This document shows, in pieces, positions 18,749 to 28,300 of a DNA stretch of 64,000 nucleotides (position 1 is its first letter; each line of letters begins with the position of its first letter). The notes beneath the pieces were generated by a model, which was not told the DNA's origin, did no database searches, and saw nothing but the letters and a program-made list of their open reading frames with translations. Origin of the DNA: a virus. The stretch is taken from IMG/VR virus record IMGVR_UViG_3300046468_002660. One strand, written 5' to 3'. A program made the position numbers and the translations under genes.

Positions 18749-18778
18749 ATTTCACATTTATCCTTTTTTTCTGTAATA
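18749..18778 (+). promoter_or_regulatory. putative late promoter ATTTCAC-N16-TGTAATA
   Basis: Upstream of the major tail gene; duplicate of the 13124-13153 motif. Confidence 0.55.
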
Positions 18779-18810
18779 CTAGATACTAACAATTTTACAC
18801 AAAAAATATT

Positions 18811-20055
18811 ATGGCAACAGATAGAATTATTTACCAAAGTGAATCTTTGTTTGTCAGCGACATTAAAAAAAGTGGTGGAAACATTACTGACGCTGATATT
18901 TCAGAGGTTAATCGTGTTCAGGATATGAGTTATAACCTTGAGGTTTCTCGTACTGACATTAATGAGTTTGGTCAACTTGCAGCTCTTTCGAGAGAGGTAA
19001 CTGAACCCCCCACAGTGTCTTTAGATTTTTCTTACTTACTTACGGATGGCACTCAGGAAGAAAAATTGGGCTTTACTTTAAACAGTGCTGATTCATTACC
19101 TAAGAGTAGTGCAGACTCAATGACAAAAACTATCCTCGGAGGATCGACTGAAGAAAAAAATTATTACATATTAACCGTACCCGAAGGAGAAGATGTTCAT
19201 GGCAATACTCCACTCAACGCCGCTGATCATGGAGTGATTGGGGTCGGAAACGGATTTGTCACAAGTTATGGAATGACCGCTGCAGTAGGAGAACTAGCAA
19301 CAGCCAGTGTTTCTGTAGAAGCATCTAATATCATGTTTAAAAATGATATTAGTGGTACTTTTAAAAACCCTTCAATTGACACCAGTTCTTCAACAGGAGA
19401 TAGATTAAGTAATACAGTTAATTTTGCTAGCGTAACCTCTAGTGATGGAAGTATCCAGAACACTACAACTGGTGATGAAATTTATGCTATTCGACCTGGT
19501 GATATTCTTATTGATTTTGATGCAGTTGGATATTTAGACGGATCAAAAAGCGCAGGTGACTTAAATGTTGGCGGAGCAAGACTTCCTGGTGCTGGAGGTG
19601 CATTGGGGGCAGGTAATACAGCTGTTCACGTTCAAAGTGTATCTCTTGATATTCCTATCGGAAGAAGTCCGCTTAATAGATTGGGTAGTCATTTTGCATT
19701 TGCAAGAAAAACCGATTTCCCTGTAAACATGACTTTGAGTGTAAGCGCTCTGATGACAGATTTTACAGACGGAAGTCTTGATGGATTGATGTGTGAGGCT
19801 GAACAGAAAAGAGACATAGCCATTGTTCTTAATGATAGATGCGGAAATGCAACCAATATGGTATTCGTTATGAAGAATGCTATACTTGACACACAAGCGT
19901 TTTCAGCTTCTATTGGAGACAATAAAACTGTTGACTTGACTTTCTCTTCTCAAGTGGGTGGAGCGAATGATAGTGAAAATGGCATCTTCTTGCTTGCTGA
20001 GCCAACCAACAAGATTCCAGAATACGGAGAGACTCCAACTCCTGAATCTTTCTAA
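18811..20055 (+). CDS. major tail tube protein
   Basis: Beta-rich, two-fold internally repeated pattern (RTDINEFG / RSPLNRLG); followed by a terminator, chaperones and the TMP. Confidence 0.78.
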   Translation: MATDRIIYQSESLFVSDIKKSGGNITDADISEVNRVQDMSYNLEVSRTDINEFGQLAALSREVTEPPTVSLDFSYLLTDGTQEEKLGFTLNSADSLPKSSADSMTKTILGGSTEEKNYYILTVPEGEDVHGNTPLNAADHGVIGVGNGFVTSYGMTAAVGELATASVSVEASNIMFKNDISGTFKNPSIDTSSSTGDRLSNTVNFASVTSSDGSIQNTTTGDEIYAIRPGDILIDFDAVGYLDGSKSAGDLNVGGARLPGAGGALGAGNTAVHVQSVSLDIPIGRSPLNRLGSHFAFARKTDFPVNMTLSVSALMTDFTDGSLDGLMCEAEQKRDIAIVLNDRCGNATNMVFVMKNAILDTQAFSASIGDNKTVDLTFSSQVGGANDSENGIFLLAEPTNKIPEYGETPTPESF

Positions 20056-20074
20056 AGGAAAGAAAAGAGTTTTT

Positions 20075-20108
20075 AAAAAACCTCAGGTTTCACACCTGAG
20101 GTTTTTTT
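20075..20108 (+). terminator. rho-independent terminator
   Basis: A6-CCTCAGGT-TTCAC-ACCTGAGG-T7. Confidence 0.9.
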
Positions 20109-20143
20109 GTGTAAACACACAAAAGGTAAAAGGAAAGTTTATT

Positions 20144-20428
20144 ATGAAAAAAGAAAGAGAACTCTTAGAGTTTCAAGTTTTGCGTACAATCGTAAATTTA
20201 TACAAAGGTTTTTTGTTAACAATAGAAGATCTCAATAAAGATCATAAGATGCAGTTTGATAAATTAAAACAGTCAATACCTGAACATGAGGATTTACTGC
20301 GACAAGCTGAATATTTAGATGAAGCGCAATTAAACTATTTAAGAAAAAAAATTTTAGACAATGGCAATGACGCTAGAAGAGAGCTCATGTCTTATATGGA
20401 AAATTTTGATATAAACTTTAAAAAATAA
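20144..20428 (+). CDS. hypothetical protein
   Basis: ORF-track 19958-20428 with start moved to ATG 20144, after the terminator and GTGTA motif. Confidence 0.7.
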   Translation: MKKERELLEFQVLRTIVNLYKGFLLTIEDLNKDHKMQFDKLKQSIPEHEDLLRQAEYLDEAQLNYLRKKILDNGNDARRELMSYMENFDINFKK

Positions 20429-20464
20429 ATTTAAATATTAATATAATAAGGTAAAAGGTAAAAT

Positions 20465-21319
20465 ATGATAACAGAAAAAAACACACTATATTCTTTCTCT
20501 ATAAATATCGAAAAAGAAGTTGAAGAAGAAGTAGAGAAAAAAAGTAGAAAAAAGAACAAAGAAACAGGTAAAACTGAAGTTGTAACAACAACATCAATAA
20601 AAACTGTAAAAAAAGAAGTTCCATACAACGTATATATCAAGAAACCAAATAGAACAGAACTTGAAGATGGAGATATGTTTTATAGCTTGGAGCTAAATAA
20701 ATACATCAAAATGGGCTTGCTAACAAAAGCAATGCTTGCGAAGCAATACGGTAATCAAGGAGGAGTATGGTCTGAGAAAGAGCAAAAAATATATTCTGAA
20801 TTACTGTATAAAATGCACAGCAAACAACTTGAAGTTCAACAGTTTTCTTTGCTTGGAGATAATGGAAAGTTATCAGTAAGGCAGAAAGATAAGTTAGAAA
20901 CTGCAGTAAAGGAACTTGCTGAAATCAAGAAAGATCTTACAGAATATGAAATGATTCAAAACTCTCTGTTTGATCACACTGCAGATGTAAAAGCTAGGAA
21001 TAGAGCTATCATGTGGTATATTTTGCATATGACTTATTTCACAGAAGGTGATGAAGATGATCCTGTATTTGAAGATTTTTTTGAGGGGTTAGACTTTCAA
21101 GAAAAGTATAGCGACTATCAGGAAAAAGAAGATGATCAAGATCCTTTATATTCGGCAGCTATAGATAAGATTTCTTCAATTATGACGATATGGTATATTA
21201 GTGGCACTCAAGATAAAGAGGGTGTAGAAAGTATATTAAAAGAAATGAAGTCTATTGAGAAAGAAGAAGAAGAAGAAGAAGAAGAAGAATTAGAAGCTGA
21301 ACCAGCTTCGAATGAATGA
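20465..21319 (+). CDS. putative tail assembly chaperone
   Basis: Between tube and TMP; acidic tail. Confidence 0.55.
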   Translation: MITEKNTLYSFSINIEKEVEEEVEKKSRKKNKETGKTEVVTTTSIKTVKKEVPYNVYIKKPNRTELEDGDMFYSLELNKYIKMGLLTKAMLAKQYGNQGGVWSEKEQKIYSELLYKMHSKQLEVQQFSLLGDNGKLSVRQKDKLETAVKELAEIKKDLTEYEMIQNSLFDHTADVKARNRAIMWYILHMTYFTEGDEDDPVFEDFFEGLDFQEKYSDYQEKEDDQDPLYSAAIDKISSIMTIWYISGTQDKEGVESILKEMKSIEKEEEEEEEEELEAEPASNE

Positions 21320-22301
21320 AGATAATAAGTTTTTTGAAAATTTATTTTTAGAAATTAAAGATGGATTTTCTGAATTTGATTTTCAAGATCAAGTTCTGTA
21401 TATTAAACACTCTGATTTAAATCAGTTAAAAGTTATCAATGATAATTATGAATTCTTTTTGGGTAGAGCTAAAAAAATGGGAATCCCAACTGAAGAGCAG
21501 GTTTTGCAGGATCTTGAAGAAGGTGATTTATGGACTAAGAAAGATGAAAGTTTATATCAAAGCTTAGAGATCGAAATTAGCAACATCAAAAAAACTTTAT
21601 CAAACCTTTTTGTAGAAAAAGAAAAAAACAATCTTAAACAAAGGCTTGATGAAGCTGAAAAAGAATATTTAGAAAAAAAGAATATTAGAAGCGCGTTAAT
21701 GCTAAATTCTGCCGAGCAGTATGCAGAGCGCAAGAGTAATGAAAAATTTGTTTTTCATTCTTTGTACAAAGATAAAGAATGTTCTAATTTATTCTATAAT
21801 AATGATGAGTTTGATGAAATAGATAATAAAGAGTTAAGCGAGTTGTATGTGATATACAATGATTGTGTTGAAAAATTTTCAAATAAAAATTTAAAACAAT
21901 TATCTATAAGTCAAATGTTTACAAGTTTATTAAATATATACTCCAAAGACTTATCTAACTTTTTTAAAAAACACCCATTAGATCTAACTTTCTATCAAAT
22001 TAATTTATTGAACTATGGAAAGCTATTCTTATCAATTTTTCAAAACCATGAAATTCCTGAATCAATATCTAAAGACCCTGATAAAATTTTAGAGCATATA
22101 GACAAAAGCAAAAAAATAAAAAAAGAAAATTTAAAAGAAAAAAGTTCAAAATCGGACGGATTCTCTTACGCAGGAGCCACACAAAAAGAATTGGAAAAAA
22201 TGGGAGGAAGAAAAAAGAAAGGAGTTGATATTCATTCAATAGCAGATGAAAAAGGGGGCGAGCTATCAATGGATGATTTTATGAAAATCCATAAAAAATA
22301 G
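21312..22301 (+). CDS. putative tail assembly chaperone 2
   Basis: Immediately before the TMP. Confidence 0.5.
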   Translation: MNEDNKFFENLFLEIKDGFSEFDFQDQVLYIKHSDLNQLKVINDNYEFFLGRAKKMGIPTEEQVLQDLEEGDLWTKKDESLYQSLEIEISNIKKTLSNLFVEKEKNNLKQRLDEAEKEYLEKKNIRSALMLNSAEQYAERKSNEKFVFHSLYKDKECSNLFYNNDEFDEIDNKELSELYVIYNDCVEKFSNKNLKQLSISQMFTSLLNIYSKDLSNFFKKHPLDLTFYQINLLNYGKLFLSIFQNHEIPESISKDPDKILEHIDKSKKIKKENLKEKSSKSDGFSYAGATQKELEKMGGRKKKGVDIHSIADEKGGELSMDDFMKIHKK

Positions 22302-22331
22302 TGTAATACTTAACAGGTTTAAGGATAATTC

Positions 22332-25300
22332 ATGAGTGTAGTAAATATACCAACTAGTGCGACTGGCTATCATCAAAGTATTGTTAGTCAAGCAACTACT
22401 GCCCAGAAAGCAGTAAATAGAATGCAGATGTCGCCAAGATTGAATCCTCAAGGAATTGTACAGCCATTAGGAAAAATTACAAATTCAGCGAGTGAATTCC
22501 AAAAATCAATGGATGCATCCGCAGCTCGTGTTTTTGCTTTCGGGGCTGCAGTTGGAGTGATTAATGGAATATCCGATGCGTTTAGAGGAATAATTCAAGC
22601 AACAGCTGAAGTCGAAAAGTCGTTAAAAGATATTCAAGTTGTTATGGAAGCAACGGATAGTGCTATGAAAAAATTTGGAGATGGATTGTTTGACGTAGCA
22701 AGAAACACAGCTACTAGTTTTCAATTAGTAGCAGAATCTGCAACAGAATTAGCTCGTCAAGGTTTGAGTTCAGAAGAAACTCTTGCTAGAGTAAATTCCG
22801 CTTTAGTACTGAATAGACTATCAGGATTAGGGGCCGTAAAATCTACAGAGACTTTAACAGCAGCTATAAACTCATTTAATAAAGAAGGGATTACTCATGA
22901 ACAAATTGTGAATCGAATGGCTAATGTCGATGCTGCTTTTGCTGTATCCTCCGCTGATTTAGCTGAAGCGATATCAAGAGCTGGAGCTGTTGCGCAAGAA
23001 TCAGGGGTTCAGTTTAACGAACTAGCTGCGATTGTAACCGCTGTCCAGCAAAGAACCGCCAGGGGTGGTTCTGTCATAGGTAATGGATTTAAAAGTATAT
23101 TTACGAGAATAAAAAGAAGTAGAGTTAGAGATGCTCTAGAAGAGATCGGAGTAAGCACCACAAATTTAGATGGTAGTTTTAGATCTTCAATTGATGTATT
23201 GAAAGATTACGCTGGAGTTTATGAAACTTTATCAGATTCTCAAAAGTCATACACTTCAGAACAAATTGCTGGAGTATTTCAAATACAGAATTTGCAAGCG
23301 TTAATATCTGATTTGAATGATGAGTACTCTGTGTATAATAGAGCTTTAGGTGTCGCTAATAATACAACTAATGAAGCCACGAAAAGAAACGAAGAACTAA
23401 ATAAAACTTTATCAGCTGTTTTTACGCAAACTTCGTTAACCGCAAAAGAATTAGCGGCTTCAATTGGAGAAATAGGTTTTTCGGACAACTTTAAAGAAAT
23501 TTTAACATTTTTAAATAATTTAGCGGGAAAGTTAAATGAAATGCTTTCGGAAAATAAAGGGAGTGAATTAGCTAAAGGCTTAGTTCGCGGAATAGGAGCT
23601 TTTCTGACGGGTCCTGGTTTAGTTATTCTTGGCGCGGCTTTTATTAAAATTTTTGCAATGGTAACTAAATTTGCAAAAGAAGCTTTTTCTGATTTGTTAG
23701 GGGTTAATAAAGAAACTAAAAGACAACAAAGTTTGCAAGTTGCTATTAGTCAAATATTATCAACAAACGCTGGCTTGTATCAAAAAATATTTGCAGCGGG
23801 AACCAGTACTGCGAAGCAAGAACAAATGATATTAAACATCATAAAGCAAGAAACCGCAGAAAGACTGAAGCAAGAAGCGGTGATCAAAAGAATAGCCGCT
23901 TCAAGTAGCTTGGTTGGTATCGGAGCATCTGATAAAGGTTTTGTGCCTATGGGGAAAAGAGGGGCTAAGAAAACAGGTAGAAAAACTTTAAATGCAGCGA
24001 ACGGTTTTCTTCCATCGTTTAATCAAGAAAAACGAGATATTAATAAAGGGGTTGGCGGAGCAAAGACAAGCGATAAACCAGTTTTATTAAAAAATCATAA
24101 GATGGGAAGGGGGCGCACAGAAAATGTAATCGCTCACACTGGCGAGTGGGTGATTAATAATTTTGGTGGTAGTGGAGGAACTGCAATATTTAACAGGGAT
24201 ATGGCAAAGCAGTATGGATTACCTAAAGAAGCAAAAAAAATTACCGCATCTGGAGGGCTTATTCCAAATTTTAGCAAGAAAAGAAAAGATACACTTACTA
24301 GACCTTCTCTTGAATTAGGTTGGTCTCCAGGCGGAAGATCCCAAATATCGCAAAAAAGTGATCCTTTTGATAAATTCACAGCGACAGTTAGCAGGATAGA
24401 ACAAGATAAAACAGCAGATGAAACAAAAGGTATCGTAAAAAAAGAATCAGGAAGATTCTTGCAACCTTATTGGGTTAATAAGAACAATAATAAGCAAGTA
24501 TCATCAGAGTGGAGTGGTTCAAATTGGGGAGGATCTAGCTACAAAGAGATAAGTAAGTTGCCCGAAGAAGAAAGGCAAAATTTTGTTAAAAAATATAAAA
24601 TACATTCAGAAAATTTTAAACAATTCAAAGCTAAAGGTTATGGACAATTAATGAAAACGTTTCCATACAATAATTCAAAAAAATATATTAAAGATATTGT
24701 AGATAGCGGGGGTTATTCTGGAAAGTCTCAACCTCAAGAATTAAAACAAAAATTTGCGGCTTTAAACATGAATTTATCAGGAGCTGCTGGGGAAATTAGT
24801 GGAGCAAAATATTTAAAAAAAATAGGGTATTCAGATATAAAATTTATTGCTGCTGGAAAATCTTTTGATTACACAGCGAGAAATAAGAAAGGGGATAAAG
24901 TTCTCTTCGAAAACAAAATGAAAGAAATGCAGAATATATCTGCATATCTTAAGAAAGGAGCCACAGAGTATTTAGGTACTATTGCTGCTCCAGGCATTAA
25001 AGATAATAAACCTCAAAATATAAATTTAGATTTAGTCAAATCTTCTGGGAGTCTATTATTTCCATCAGGGATTAATGCTGTTACTGCAAAAGATTCAAAA
25101 GAAACAAATTCAAAAATTACTCATAAAAATTTAGTGAAAGATTCTAAATTGAGAGAGCGGCTAGATAAAGAATTAGAATTAATATGGAAAAACCCTGACA
25201 TTAAAGATTCAGTTAAAAGCGAAGAAACTATAAGAAATTTTTTATTTCATAACGCAGAGTCAAAAATACCAAGATATTCATCAGGATTCGTTCCAAACTT

Positions 25301-28300
25301 CGGCCCTAGGTGGGGTAGATTTAAGAAGTATAACAAAGATAAGTCTCTTAAGGATTTACGAAAAAAACAAGCTGATAACAAACAGATGGAAGAAGCTTTC
25401 TATGTTAGATCTGCAGACGCTGCTCAAAGATTTCAAAGATTTAATAATAAATTTGGAGTAGAAAAAATTGACGATTTATTTAACGTACTTCCTTTTTCAG
25501 AAGGATATGTGCCGAATTTTATGATAAAAAAACCTGGCTTTGGTAGGAGCGGTTCAGTTTATTCCATGAATAGAGGAAAGGAGAAAGTTTTAAACGTATC
25601 TCATATTAGAGCTGAAGAAGGTGAATTTGGTTCAAGTATATATAAAAATTTGATGAAAGAAATTGAAAGTGCCGCTAAATCTGGACAACCATACACAAAG
25701 ATAGACGCTGGCTCTGTAATTGGACCGAGGATACCAAGAGCTTTGTTAGCTGCAAAAAAAATGTTAGACAAAAAAAGGCTTTCCTCGAATATTCCAAAAA
25801 TGACACTCGAAGGAGTTTTTATTCCTAGACAGCTAAGAAAGAGAGTAGAAGGGTTTAGGCAAGATAATTACTATAGAGAATCTGGTAAATTTCGAACAAA
25901 AGATCCAGCAGAATACTTACCTGGAGAAGAAGGTAAATTAATTAAATCTCTTCGAGCATTTGGTTTAGGTCGTAACGCTCATAAGCGCAAAGCGTTTGTA
26001 AGGTTAGAAGATTTACCAATTGGTAAGAATTTTTCAAAGGGATATATTCCTAATTTCAGGAATGTTACCTTGTATAGAGGGCAAAAGCAAAAAGAGTTAG
26101 ATTTACCAAATATTGGTAAAAATATGCCAAGTTTTGATGCAGCTAAAACCCCACAGGAAGTAATTGGTGTTATTCAAAAATTTGTAAAGTCTCATTCAAC
26201 AGGCCCATTATCTGGATACAGAAACATGGGAGAAGTTGACGGAAAAATGCCTTCAGGAGCAACATCATTTTCGACAAGTAGAAAAGTTGCCGAAAATTTT
26301 TCTAACTCTATTAATATAGGACAACCTGTTTTACCTGGCAAAATTTTTGAAAAAATAGTTCCTGAAAAAAACATTTTTAGCAAAAAAAAGTTGTTGAAAA
26401 TTTTTAATAAAGGAGCTAATCCAGAAAAAAACTTTTATCCAAAAGTTGATCAATTTAAGACTGCAATAAAATCTGGAGCGGTAGAAAAATGGGCTAAGAA
26501 AAATGGAGGAGTGTTCCTGAATGTAGCTGGAGAATATAACGATAAAAGACATTTAAGTTTAGCTAAAATGGACGCAGGAAGAATGCGTAGTAAATATGGA
26601 AAAGATATGGGCTCAATTGTACCTGAAATCGATGTGGGTAGGACTTTGAGTGGGAAAAGAGATATTTTCAGAAAAGAAAAAGAAGTTATGCATATTATGT
26701 CTAGAGGATACGTTCCTAATTTTTCGTTTAGAGGTGGTGCTCTTAAGAGAATTGCGACTAAAATGCATAAACCAGCAATAGAAGACCCAAAGGGGAAAAT
26801 ATTATACCAGGGAAAAAAGTATAGAGAAGCTAAATTTAACACTCCTGATTGGGATAACCCTAATGTAAAATGGATTAGCCCTGTAGCGCAAAGAATACAA
26901 GGTGGCAAACAAGAAGTTGAGGAATTTGCTAAATATTTATCGACTAGAAAAGATATTCCAGCTTATGTAGCTTCAAATTTCAAAAAGGGTTTAGAGAAAG
27001 AAAAAGCTGCTTTAGAAGAACAAAAAAAACGACATTACGAGCTTGGTAAGAAAATCAAAATGGGCAATGCAGGTTATTACGAAAGAAAAAATCATTTTAC
27101 AACTCCTTTGCCTGAAGATAATCCGTTTAGAGTAGAATTAAAATATCTTAAAAAAGATAAAATTAATGATCTTGTTCAGGGTTTCAGGAATAATTACTCA
27201 AAAGGATTTATTCCAAATTTTGCAGCTGGAGTCAAAACATCAAGAGGGTTTTTCTCTACCCAGCGAATAAATCGACTTAAAGGTGGGCAGGCAGCCAAAG
27301 ATCAAGATGGCAATAAAGTTTACATGAATATGTTTTCACCTGAAGATCGGAAGAAGATCAAAGGATTTCAAGCAACTTTCTCAAAAGAAAACATGGCTGC
27401 TACAAGACAAGTTTCTAGAGATAAAAAAAATGAAATGCAAACCATTGACGCTTCCAGGCAGGCAACCATGCTTGTAGCTACAAATAATTTAAGAAAGAGG
27501 GTTGATACAAAAATAAAACAAGGGAAACAAGATATAAGATTAAAGTACAGGGTAGAAGGATTGAAGCCTTCGAGATTAAAAAACTCAGAAGAAAAAATTA
27601 GAGGCAGAGTAGAGAACCTTATGCTTAAAGAATCTTCTTTTTTAGCTCAAGAAATGGCAGGAGCTGGCAACTTTGGAGCTAACACCCCTCCTGTTACAAG
27701 AATAGCAAATGCTGGTAGTGTAGGTTCTGCTGCAGGATCCATCTTTGAGACAGCTTTAAAGGCAGTTGGGAAAAATAAATTATTTACAAAAAATAATGCT
27801 AGTTTTGACATAGCTGGATTTCCAGATGAAAAATTGCAAAAATTATTTGGTTACTACACTCCTTTTGCTGATGCTAAAATTGGATTAAGCCCCGATACCA
27901 AAAGAGACTTTAATCAAAAATTGCTAAAACTGCCAAGTAGTCAGGCTGAAATAGGTAAGCAAGATGCAGTTAAACAACAAGCAGTATCTAGATCTTCTCG
28001 AAAGAATTTTGGGCCTCTAAGAAAATCTGAAGGTTTTATACCAAATTTTGCTATTAAAAAATGGGAAGCTCAAGATTTTATAAATAAAGGTTTAGCGAAA
28101 AATCTAAGAGACGCTAGTAAGAGGTTTACATCCAGAGATCATGAAATAATGTTTGGAGGTAAAAGATTTAATTCTAGCAGCCCAGGTATAAGCGTGAAGA
28201 AATTTGGACAAGAAAAATCTTTTGATGCAGATTATCAGAAAATGAAAGGAGTTAGATCTCAAGATAATTTTATATTTGGTCCTACTGTTAACAATAGAGA

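Noticed and set aside
20465-22301. Programmed G/GT frameshift in the tail chaperones
   Set aside because: The second ORF has its own overlapping ATG, and no convincing slippery heptamer was identified at the junction.
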